64,000 bases of DNA from an uncultured Acidobacteriota bacterium (lineage in GTDB: Bacteria; Acidobacteriota; Terriglobia; UBA7540). The stretch covers positions 150,505 to 214,504 of the forward strand of contig CAWDSK010000004.1 in NCBI GenBank assembly GCA_963804995.1, given 5' to 3'. The position numbers and the translations under genes are program-made. The notes under the pieces are model-generated. The model made no database searches. It was not told the origin of the DNA and saw only the letters and a list, made by a program, of their open reading frames with translations. Below, piece after piece: positions 42,368-52,600 of the stretch. Numbering within the stretch: the first letter of the stretch is position 1; the number at the start of each line of letters is the position of its first letter.

Positions 42368-42904
42368 AGCCCCCCCTTCGCCAATCCTGGGCCTAGTTTC
42401 GCTTTGTCTTCGCCTTTTGTCAAGTGATGATTATGGAATGCGGGTGTCATTTAGATTTCCCACCACCCCGCCCTGCGGGCACCCCTCCTGAACCAGGAGG
42501 GGGGTTCTTAAAACACTCCCCTCCTTAGTTAAGGAGGGGTGGCGCACCGAGCGACGGGGCGGTCTGCGATTTTAGATTGGTAGAGCGGCGGCCCTGTAAT
42601 TTTCGATTGGCGATTTTCGATCGGCGGAGCGGCGATGTAATTTCAGATTTTTGATTTTAGATTGGCGCGGGGTTCGGGGTTAGCCACGCGCAGTTCCCTC
42701 CCGGCCGTGCGCTTTTGTTACGCCCGATACCCCAGCGGCAAACGCAGGAACCAGCTAACGGGTGAGTCCGAATCGCGCCTGGCGAATTCCGCATCCCCAA
42801 TCCCCTAATCCCTAATCCCGTATTCCGAACCCCGCCGCAATGTACGTACAAATATATTGACACACCCCATTCGAAACCGTATGCTGTCTGGGTAGCGACC
42901 CGCT

Positions 42905-43243
42905 ATGCGATATGAATGGGATGAGCGCAAGAACCGCCAAAACCGTCGCAAGCATGATGTTGGCTTCGAAACTGCGGTACTAGTTTTCGACGACCCCTAT
43001 GCGATTACGCAACGCGACTGGGCGTGTGAAGATGAGGAACGGTGGATCACGGTTGGAGCCATAGGGCCGGGTTCGATTCTACTGGTCGTCCACACCTTCT
43101 ATGAGGAACATGACGAGGAAATCATTCGCCTCATCTCAGCTCGCGCCGCCGAGTCGCACGAAAGGAGCGCCTATGAAAAGGCTCACCAAGGAGCAGGAAC
43201 GAGACATCCGCGCCATCGCGGCAAAGCGCGACGAAGACATTGA
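42905..43243 (+). CDS. brnT: BrnT family toxin
   Basis: MRYEWDERKNRQNRRKH.V.FE.A..VFDDP...IRLISARAA. Confidence 0.92.
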   Translation: MRYEWDERKNRQNRRKHDVGFETAVLVFDDPYAITQRDWACEDEERWITVGAIGPGSILLVVHTFYEEHDEEIIRLISARAAESHERSAYEKAHQGAGTRHPRHRGKARRRH

Positions 43244-43496
43244 TTTTTCAGATGCCCCACCGGTTCTCGATTGGAGTGGAGCAGAAATCGGTAAGTTTTA
43301 TCGGCCCCGGAAGCAGCCCGTCACCATGCGCCTGGATTCGGATGTCATTGCCTGGCTCAAAGCCGATGGGCCCGGCTACCAGACCAAGGCGAATGGGCTC
43401 CTGCGACACGCCATGCTGCATTTCAGAAGTGTTTCCCGCCACGAGGTAAACAGCGCAGGTGCGGGCAAGGCCAAACGGCAGAAAAGGCTCGGGTAG
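43173..43496 (+). CDS. brnA: BrnA antitoxin
   Basis: KQPVTMRLDSDVIAWLKA.GPGYQTKAN..LR. Confidence 0.92.
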   Translation: MKRLTKEQERDIRAIAAKRDEDIDFSDAPPVLDWSGAEIGKFYRPRKQPVTMRLDSDVIAWLKADGPGYQTKANGLLRHAMLHFRSVSRHEVNSAGAGKAKRQKRLG

Positions 43497-43728
43497 CGAG
43501 AAACTTGCTCACAGCCGACAGCTTACGGTAAGTTCCGATTCCCGATTCCAGATTCGGGATCGCCGAACCCCGAACCCCTAATCCCTAGCCCCAAGCCCCG
43601 TATCCCGCAGTGCCTTAGGGGCTCAGGAAAGGGAAAGGGGCACAACGCTCCAGGCGGTAGAGCGCCGTGCCCCTCTCAGCTTTTCACAAGTCAAACAATG
43701 CTTTCCGGCAGTTTCGCTACTCCCTTAC

Positions 43729-44040
43729 TTACCTGCACCTATCGCAGGCCTCTGCGACCCGCAACTGCTCGATCGCCTGGTGCGTCGCTTCCATGGCCTC
43801 ATGCTTATGTCCGCAAAAATCGTGGCGGGCTTCCCGCATATCTCGCATAGCTGATTCCAGCGCCCCCAGGGCCTCATGGATGGCTGGACAACGCGGCGGC
43901 ACTGGAACGGCCAAGGCTGCCGGCGCCGGAGAGGCTAGAGCTGTTGCCGAACTGACGGACTGCCCCCGCGGGGCGCCCGCCAGCATCCCCAAACCAAAAA
44001 CCACGAGCAAGGTTACGACAGACAGAATGATTCGTCTCAT
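43729..44040 (-). CDS. Small secreted Cys-containing helical protein (paralog 1)
   Basis: Signal peptide; CPAIH...HDFCGHK...CDRCR. Confidence 0.75.
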   Translation of the reverse strand: MRRIILSVVTLLVVFGLGMLAGAPRGQSVSSATALASPAPAALAVPVPPRCPAIHEALGALESAMRDMREARHDFCGHKHEAMEATHQAIEQLRVAEACDRCR

Positions 44041-44219
44041 CTTCCCTCCTAGATTTAGAGTTTAGGCTGCTTGGTAACTTCTGGTCGCTCATCTTAAGGG
44101 AGTCATGAATTTTTTGCAAGCCAGGCGATTCTTGGGTAGCGTCCTAGTTTGACGTAGCGCCGGGCTGATTGTTCTTGAATTCATAAGTTGCAAATTGTTT
44201 CGACGCCCTGCGGGTGCAA

Positions 44220-44413
44220 GTAACCCCTCATCCGGCCTCCTACGTCAGCCACCTTCTCCCGCCACGGCGGATCTGCGACCCCTGGGGAGAAGGCTATGAT
44301 CTCAGGGTGGCTACGGCGCGGCACCTTACCGTGAGTAACCGCCCTCTCCGAGGGGAGAGGGTGGACCGCAGCCGGCGTTTTCATCAGCCGGGGCGGGACG
44401 GGTGAGGGGTCAC
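44220..44413. repeat. REP-like family E (related copy ~31386-31460)
   Basis: ACCCCTCA...CCCTCTCC..GGAGAGGG..TTTTCATCAGCCGGGGCGGG..GGGTGAGGGGTCACT. Confidence 0.7.
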
Positions 44414-45014
44414 TTGGGGTTTCTTTTCAAGCTAGGACACCACCGATTCTTGGGTAGTGGGTCAATTTGATGTAGAGGCGTCGGCAATTCATCCCGATCT
44501 GATGTGGACGCCGCCATATGGCAAGGTAAACTCGCCGCTACAACCTCAAACTACACCACTACTGGCTTCGGGACGTGGGCTTAACAGTTTATGGATGGCT
44601 AAGACAGGGGTATTTGGCGTCAGACAAATTGCCCCAAATAGGGTGCGGCTTCGAGAGACAACCCCCCGGCGGCTTGCTGGGACATCTGTCCACTTTTTGC
44701 GTTCCGCGGGGCATAGCGCGCGACGTCCCACCAAATTTCCTAGGGCAGGCCCCCCAGTGATTGCGGTCAATTTTAAAAGTAAGAGGGCACAGCGCGCGAG
44801 CGAATCCGAGCTGCCGTGCCCTCTTGTAACCTTCCACCGCTCCCCAAAGGGGGGGGCCGATAGGTCAATTGCCGCGAACTCTGAAGCCTAAGCTCCAGAG
44901 ATGGGTGGCAGCATCGAATGGCTGTGCATCAGCACCTTTTGCGGCTTTGCCAGATCCCCAATCTGCCGGCTTCGAGAAGGCGATCGCCGGTGTTGGGTAA
45001 ATATCAATCAAGGC

Positions 45015-45323
45015 CTACCGGCACTTTTCGCACCCTTCGGCCGCACGTAATTGCTCGATGGCATTGTGTATTGCCGCCATGGCTGCTCTCTTGTGGCCAC
45101 AAAAATCATGGGCAGCAGATCTCAATTCCTGCTCTGCTGATTGGAGAGTCTCTTGAGCCCCATGGATGTTCGGACAAGGATGGGCCGGCATCGGTACCGC
45201 TAAAGGCGCCGGTGCAGCCACGGCTACCGCGGCGTCCACGGATTGCGCCTTGTGGCCTGTCGCAAGCATCACGAAGCCTACAACCGCAAGCGTTGCTAAC
45301 ACAGTGACAATGGTTCGCTTCAT
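45015..45323 (-). CDS. Small secreted Cys-containing helical protein (paralog 2)
   Basis: CPNIH...HDFCGHK...CEKCR; GGAGG RBS. Confidence 0.75.
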   Translation of the reverse strand: MKRTIVTVLATLAVVGFVMLATGHKAQSVDAAVAVAAPAPLAVPMPAHPCPNIHGAQETLQSAEQELRSAAHDFCGHKRAAMAAIHNAIEQLRAAEGCEKCR

Positions 45324-45525
45324 TGATCCTCCTAGAGTTGAATTGTAGTTGGCTACCCGTAAAGTTGGGGGCCATATTTTCCCCCACGAGCCTGGCTGAT
45401 GCAAGTGTAAACACGGCGGGGGAGAAAAAGTTGTGGGGCACTTGAATTCCACCCCCTGCCGAGATGCAGCGTGCCACCATTGCTGCTACAATACCGGGGG
45501 TTTGACAACTTCTCAGGAGGCATTC

Positions 45526-46380
45526 ATGAAGGTGGCGGCTGTCCAGATGGACATCAAAATCCTCGAAAAGGAACACAATCTTGAAGCCATCCTCGCGCAT
45601 CTGGAGTCGGCCGCAGGCGCGGGCGCGAAGCTGGTGGTCTTCCCGGAATGCGCCCTGACAGGGTATTGTTTGACCAGCCGTGAGGAAGCCCGTCCCGTGG
45701 TCGAGGAAGTGCCGGGCCCCTCCACGGAAAAGATTCTGGCCGCCACAAGAAAGCTCGACTGCACGGTAGTGGTGGGCCTGCTGGAAGGCTCCGGCGACCG
45801 GATCTTCAATTCGGCCGCAGTAATTACTCCGCAAGGAATTCTGGGGACGTACCGCAAGCTGCACCTGCCTGGTGTGGGGTTTGACTGGCACTCCACACCT
45901 GGCGATATCCCCTTCCCCGTTTTCGCGACGCCCCACGCGAAAATCGGCATCAGCATCTGCTATGACTGCAGCTTTCCGGAATCAGGCCGCGCCCTCAAGT
46001 TGAATGGCGCGCAAATCCTGGCCATCCCCACCAACTGGCCGCTGGGCTCCGACTCCTGGGAGCACACGCCCCCCGTCCGCGCCACCGAGAACCACCTGCA
46101 TGTGATCGCCTGCGACCGTGTGGGCGAAGAGCGGGGCTTCCGATTTTCCGGCCACTCGCAGATTGTGGATTTCACGGGGCAGAAGCTTGCCGAGGCGGGC
46201 GAGACTGAGGAAACCATTATTTACGGCGAAATTGACCCTGCGGCCGCCGACTGCAACCGCGTCGTCCGGCAACCCGGCCTGTGGGAGTTTGACCGCATTG
46301 CCGACCGGCGGCCTGACATGTATGCCGCTCTTACCACCTCGATCAACCGGCAGACTGACCAGGGCACGAAATTCTTCTGA
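45526..46380 (+). CDS. Carbon-nitrogen hydrolase (nitrilase superfamily)
   Basis: VFPEC, YRKLH, ICYD catalytic E-K-C triad. Confidence 0.93.
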   Translation: MKVAAVQMDIKILEKEHNLEAILAHLESAAGAGAKLVVFPECALTGYCLTSREEARPVVEEVPGPSTEKILAATRKLDCTVVVGLLEGSGDRIFNSAAVITPQGILGTYRKLHLPGVGFDWHSTPGDIPFPVFATPHAKIGISICYDCSFPESGRALKLNGAQILAIPTNWPLGSDSWEHTPPVRATENHLHVIACDRVGEERGFRFSGHSQIVDFTGQKLAEAGETEETIIYGEIDPAAADCNRVVRQPGLWEFDRIADRRPDMYAALTTSINRQTDQGTKFF

Positions 46381-46412
46381 ATGCTCCGGGTGGCGAGGGT
46401 TTCCTCATCCCC

Positions 46413-48100
46413 TCAATGCAACAAGCCGTACACATCCACTTGGCCACCCGCCCCAACGTATACCTTCCCATTCGCGATTGTCGGGGACACGAACTTCACC
46501 GCCGGGCCAGCCACGTCCCGCGAATTGGGTGCTTGGCTGCTATTGTAAAGTTCGTTTGCCACGTTGGTGGCATCGAAGGCGTGGAGAATGGCAGGGCCGC
46601 CATAGGTATTTGCGTCAGTTTGTACTGTCCACACGATAGCGTTGCTAGTTCCATTCGCGGAGACCACCGGTGGATCGCCCGGATCTACAACGGAGGATGC
46701 AGAGACTGTCGGATTCTGGGCAACGCCCTTTTGCAGAGGGAATTGCTTCAGGAAGTCGGAACCCGACTGGAAGTAGATGTTGCCGTTCCAGTAGGCCCCG
46801 CCGCCCATAAGCTCGCTCCCAAAGCCCTGAATCAATTGCACCGCCCCGGCGTCGTTCGTTTGCAGGTGGCCCAGATTGTCGCGGTTCAAAATCCAGAGCC
46901 GAGCATCCTTACCCCCCGTGACCAGCAGGTGAGGATAGGTGCCGGGCTGGTCAGGTAGCAGCAAGGCGGGACTTGAGCCAAGGTTGAGATCATAGGCGTC
47001 CAGCAGTTCCTGATTGGCAGGAGTGAAGTAATCCACGACCTGTAGCTGGCCAGACTGAAGTTGGAGCTTGAGGACGCTGTCGCTGTAATCCCTCCCCCCC
47101 GTATTGACGTCGAACGTGCCATTGGCGGTAACCACGTATATGTTTCCAGCCGCGTCAGCGCTAATGCCCCCGCCCGCCCCCCAGATTCCGCCCTTTTCAC
47201 CGTCCGGCGTGACATTGAAAACGGCAACCTGGTGGAGGTCTGCAGCGCTGTAGGCCAACAGCCAGCCATGGTAGTAGTCTATGTCACTGTGAGAAGCGAA
47301 TCCGAAATAGACAACGCCGTTCAGCAAAAGCAAGCCGGGGCGCTGCAGTTGTCGGAAGGCTCCAAAGGTTATGGTGCCACCGACATTATCGTATCCCTGC
47401 CCGGGTACACTTGCTGAAATTACCACCGGGCCGCCCAATTTCTCCGCTCCGGTCGTAATGTCAAGGGCGTGCAGGCGATAGATATAGTTGTAGGTGCATT
47501 TCGAAGTACAAGCGGGATCCACCGATTCCTTCGTCTTCGCCGTCACAAAGATCGCGCCGCCGATTGAGTCGATGACCGGAGTAGAGGTAATTCCGTACTC
47601 CGGTTTTATGTTATCGGACCCAACATCCTCATACGGCACTGTCGTGACCCCGGCAGAAGGATTTATGAAGCTGGTTTTCCAGAGGGGTGTCGTGGATGGA
47701 CCGTCGGCGTCAAAGGCATAGACGCTGTTGTGTTCTGTCGCTATGAAAACCACATTGTGTGCACCGCCGTTAATCGAGAACGTCCTGCATGTAGAGAGGC
47801 TGAGCGTAGACCTGCCCATCGACAGGCAACACGAACAGTTTTCCGAATTGGTTCTGATTTAGATTCGCAGGAGTCAGTACGGTCTCCAAGGCATTCAGGC
47901 CCGACCGCGAGTTGTCGTAACGTTGGGTAAGAATGCCCCCCGGCAGTGTCCCGACAACCACCTGCGCCTCAGCCGGAGTCGTCACGCCTCCCCCCCACTG
48001 CCGCAAGCCACGCCCAACACACAGGTTAGCAGGGCCGCACCTAATCGAGCCCTTGTCCCCCAAAGTCGGTGGCGACCCCTCCCTGGAGTCAGGGCATCCT
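46413..48100 (-). pseudogene. PQQ-like beta-propeller lipoprotein with apparent frameshifts (~47780 and poly-G ~47990)
   Basis: TQRYDNSRSG..PVDGQVYAQPLY continues in another frame as INGGAHNVVFIATEHNSVYAFDA; lipobox LGVAC in a different frame again. Confidence 0.75.
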
Positions 48101-48368
48101 TTAGGGGATGAGAAAAAGCTGAAAGCACAATTCTATAGTCCTGCAGCAGCATCAACATGAACGCAATTGTCCCCTTTGTGAATTAGTATTCTCTACCATT
48201 TTTAATACCAGAGAATATGTCCTTCGCACAAGTGTAAACATCAGAAGGCAATATGGGGTTAACATTGGCAGACTCAAACAGCTCTTTCGTGGTAATTTAA
48301 TTGGTGAAGTTGACCGCTAGAGCGTGGAAGAGTTCAAGCCTTGGCGGGCTGCTCTAAGTGAATAACAT

Positions 48369-48414
48369 CGGGGCGTGGCGCAGCCTGGTAGCGCGCTTGC
48401 CTTGGGCGCAAGAG
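48369..48414 (+). tRNA. 5' half of tRNA-Pro(TGG), truncated before the T-arm; left junction of an inserted element
   Basis: CGGGGCGTGGCGCAGCCTGGTAGCGCG-CTTGC-CTTGGGC-GCAAG-AG followed by unrelated sequence. Confidence 0.88.
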
Positions 48415-48931
48415 AATTAGGTGGAGCAAGTCTAATGCCAAACCAACTTTAGCTAAGTATATCAATAAGTTAGGAAATGTAGTAACGTCATTACCCCGTC
48501 AATAGGACTTACAAGGTCCCCACAAAACCCCCCACAGTCAGTCTTCTGTTAGAGCGCTTGCCTTCCCCAGCCATCCGCATCTGCTTCACAATGTTTCCTC
48601 CCTTTAAGCCATCAATTTCCGGCATCCCCGCAATCCAGAATGTGAGACTTCAGAACGCCCAGCAGCAAACCTCTGCGTTACGATTCGAGCCCCACGCGAG
48701 ACCCATCCCGCATTCAAAACCTGACCAAATCCTCCTTTCACTCCCAAATCCCAACCCTCCCTGGCAGGAGGAGGGCGAAGTGTGTTTCGCGCGAGGGCTG
48801 GAAGCGTCAATAACTGTGTTCACCAGGAGGAGAGGGTAGGGTCCCCTTTTCCTCAATCGTTTCGAGCCCAGGGGGGGTCTCCTTGAAACATCGTTGTTGA
48901 GAGATCCCGCTGGGTCTGTCCTGGAGGACAC

Positions 48932-49132
48932 ATGGATACAAATCGCATTTTCACAAACCTGTTTGGCGGATGGCTCACGGCAGCCGACAAGGCTGCGGCC
49001 GCCACAATCAATTACACCAAGTCAACCGTCGTGCCTTGCGTCTGCGACCTGACGCAGAAAGCGACCCTGGCAACCGGGAAGACCTTGGTTAAAGTTGGCA
49101 CGAAGCTGACCGACTGCTGCACCACGAAGTAG
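48932..49132 (+). CDS. Small hypothetical protein (66 aa)
   Basis: GGAGG RBS, co-oriented with element genes. Confidence 0.6.
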   Translation: MDTNRIFTNLFGGWLTAADKAAAATINYTKSTVVPCVCDLTQKATLATGKTLVKVGTKLTDCCTTK

Positions 49133-49223
49133 GCGCTTTTCCACCCGCATTTAGATCTCAACTCGCCGTAGTTAAGACTCCCTTCAATTCATTCCATTTC
49201 CCTTATCACACCGGAGGTGTGCC

Positions 49224-49463
49224 TTGAGAACATATCAACCCGAACGTGCTTTGATCGCTCGTGAAACCCACAAAGAGAACCGTGACGAGCTGGCCAAGAT
49301 GCTTGCCCAGATCGCCATGGAAAGGGCAGCTCGACTGCCACCATCAATTCTCCCGGTTTCTCTCGAAGAGCAGATCCAAGAAAGCATCCACAGGACTCGT
49401 GAGGACGTCCATCGCGCCAAGGACGTTCAGTCCGCCCACATTCTGCGCTGGCTGCAAAGTTAA
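49224..49463 (+). CDS. Small helical hypothetical protein (79 aa)
   Basis: GGAGGT RBS before a TTG start. Confidence 0.55.
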   Translation: MRTYQPERALIARETHKENRDELAKMLAQIAMERAARLPPSILPVSLEEQIQESIHRTREDVHRAKDVQSAHILRWLQS

Positions 49464-49632
49464 TCCCCTGTAAGTCCGGAAAGCCCTGGAGCATTTCCAG
49501 GGAGCAAGGGGCCCCCGCCTTCGCCCCCGCATTCCGGAATCCCACCCTTACTCCTCTCGTCCGAGGGGAGATCCCAATCGTGAACACAAATCCAAGCCCG
49601 TCTGGGGCCCATACCAGACAACTGGAGGTAGT

Positions 49633-52600
49633 GTGAACTATCAACATTTGCACTTTCAGTTTCCCGCTAAGCCATTTCAGCGGTGGCATGTGATCGAGGA
49701 CAGAACCGCCCCTCGCGGTTTGCGCTTCCGCCATGCCCGCCAGCCCGGTGAGAAGCCCGACCCGAAGGTGAACTTCGGGGTCGAGGAGCTTTCGGCTCGC
49801 CTTGAGCACGCCGGGGTGGAATACATGCGCATCGCACTCGGTAACGATGCGTCGTCGTTTGACCGGGCGCATGTGCTTCTCACAGACGGGCTCAAGGAAG
49901 AGGGTCCCGGTGACGGGCATTGGTATCCCGTCATTCCCTGGGTCCGGGACGACGGCTTCTACGCCGTATGCCTGCGCGAACCGATGCTGTACCAGGACGC
50001 CTGCCGTCTCTTTGGGTTCGACATCCCGGCCGGGAAGCCCAGCGTCCCCAAGCGCATTAAGCGCGACGTGGCGCGGGGCAAGACGAGCCTGTTCGGTGAG
50101 TTGCTTGAAACCCGCGAGCTTAACGAGTGGGATCTTCTCCACACTGTGATGCTTGCCGATGGCAAGACTACATTTCAAGTCGCCACCTACAATCCCAGTA
50201 ATCGCTGGCCGGAGGCCTGGACTTCCGGAGCAGCGCTGGCCTCTCCGCGGGGCGGCGCCATCCTGACCGGGCATCCGGTCAAGATCGGTGACATGATCCA
50301 GATTACCGGCGCCATGCCCAACGGCCAGATCAAAGGGAACTGCCTGATCTGGGACATTGACCATGATCTTGTGGTCTGGGACGTCAAGCCGGAACTCCGT
50401 GCCTGGCAAGGACAGATTTATCTCAGCGTTCTCAATGAACTCCATGGTGGCCCGGCCAACCTGGACGTTCAAACCGCCTCCAATCTCGACCTGGCCAAGG
50501 TGCGGGATCACAAGCTGATCCAGTTCCTTTGCCAGCAATACGCCTGCGATGTATTCGACCTGATGCGGGACGACGATCGAGTCAAGGAGGAGATCGGCTT
50601 TTATAACCCCGCAGCATGGGTCGATGAAGACGGTAATCCGGTGATTAACGAGAATCGCTGGAAGCTCTGGCGGATGTACTCCGCGGGCTTGCCGGCGATG
50701 CAGTTCCGGACCTGCCGGGACGCCTTCTATCGCACCCAGATGGAGTCCCCCGAGAACAACGATCCTGATCGCTTCCGGATTCGCTTCCGGGAGCCACAGG
50801 ATCTCATGACGGTCCAGTCGAATGATCTGGCCGGAGCGGCCGTGCGAAGGTATCTCTTCCCCGAGCCGTTTGTCTTTGACAAGCGGGGCTACCCGTACTG
50901 GGACCGTTCAACGTTACCCGACGTCGACTCGGTCTATCTGGGCGGGTTTGACGGCGAGTTCATCTCGCTGAGGAACCCCAATGCCTCGCATAAGGAATCA
51001 GGCAAGCTACGGGGCTGCAAGCTACAGCACTTTGCCGCAATCGACCGGGGCGCCGTGATGTTCGTGCATCTCGGCTTCGCCGCAAGCCCGGAGGGCGATC
51101 CCGGTATGGCAAAGAGCTTCAACGGTGCTGACTTCGACGATTCCGTGCTGGCGCTGCTAGACCCGGAAATCGTCCAGCACTGGAACAACCTGCCCGCGTA
51201 TCCGTGGGTTGCGGCCACACCTACCGAAGTACAGGTGATCGACGACGGTGATGCTTTGTTCGACCGGCATCCCAAGGCCAGGCTGTACGACTGGAGGTTC
51301 GTCTCCTGCATGGTCCAGGACGCCAAGCGCGGTCAGACCGGGATTGGATACGTGGTCAACGCCATCACCTGGTTCAACCTCCTCTGGCTCCATCGGGAGA
51401 GCATCGTGGCGGAGCTGCGGGCGATGCAGCCGAGCCCCCAGGTCGCAGAAGCCATCCGCTGGATGGAGCAAGAGCTGCCCGAGAGCCGGATGCCCATGGT
51501 GGCCTCACGCCTGGAGGAGATCATCGACGCGCTCAAAATGAATGGAAAATCAATTGACTGGGCGAACGATGTGATTGCGGAGTTCCGCCAGTCCTGCCCC
51601 GTGGCTCCGAAGTTCTGGTGGCAGGGCGGCTACCAGAGCCAGGGGCGCATTCCCCGCGATCGAATCGCAAACGGTAATGAACCCATTCCGGTGACCACGG
51701 CCATGGACGTGGCCCGGGAGCAATGGATTGAAATGTTCCAAAAGGCACGCCGGTTTGCCGACAAGGAAAGCTGGAGAAACTGCTGGCAAGTGCCACCAGA
51801 GATCCGCAGCTTCCCAACTCGCCCCGAGGCAGCGGCTGCCGCAAGGGACTTCTGGATGTTCTATAACCGCACCCGGGAAGCCAAGAAGGCGGAGTTCCTC
51901 AAGGCCGGCAAGGACCATCGCGGGAAGAAAGTCACGACCGAGCAAGACGCCGGGATTGCCGCTTACCTGTACGCGGAAGAAGATGTCCACGACCGGATCA
52001 AGGCCAGCGGTATGTATCTGGATATCTACGCGGAACTGGTCAAGCTGGTCTTTGACCGGGGATTGACCCTGGAGCCACCACGCAATCCCGATGGCACGGT
52101 GAAACCGGTAGCGGATGGCATCCTGGGTGGGCCACACACCCTGGATGGGCTGCTGGATATCGCCAGAGCCGCTGGCGTGACTCGTCGCCATGTGCCCTTG
52201 ACCTGGGAGTCTGCCCGAGTCCGCGAGGACTATGGCGATCTAAACCTGGACATCGTCGTGGAAGACACGCTGGTACGGATAGCAGGGAGCAGTTCAACGT
52301 CTGCCAATTGGATCGGCATCGTGGACCTGCCCGATGGCCAGTATCGGATGGAGCATGGCCTGGTGGTCACAAAGGACACGATCGAGGCTCCGCCTCAAGA
52401 ACCGGCAGTGGCTCTCGTGGCCGTGAATGACTTCGAGCAACGGCTGAAGGATGAGAAGCTCCGGCAGCAAGACCGCCAGAGGATCGAGGCTGAACTCAAA
52501 GCCTTCCGGGCTCAGGTCGGTAATGGCGTGACCATCAAGCCGGTGACTTATCGCAATCCTCAGAGCCAGGCGGACGAGCCCGGCGCGGAAGTGTTCCTGG

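Noticed and set aside
42795..43610. Heptamer-like runs (CCCTAAT/CCCGAAC) on both sides of brnTA
   Set aside because: Low-complexity simple repeats with no defined element ends
49189..50538. 449-aa minus-strand ORF, and similar long antisense ORFs at 14014-15537, 39328-40563, 34941-36134 and 57836-59158
   Set aside because: Shadow frames of well-supported opposite-strand genes in GC-rich DNA, with no motifs
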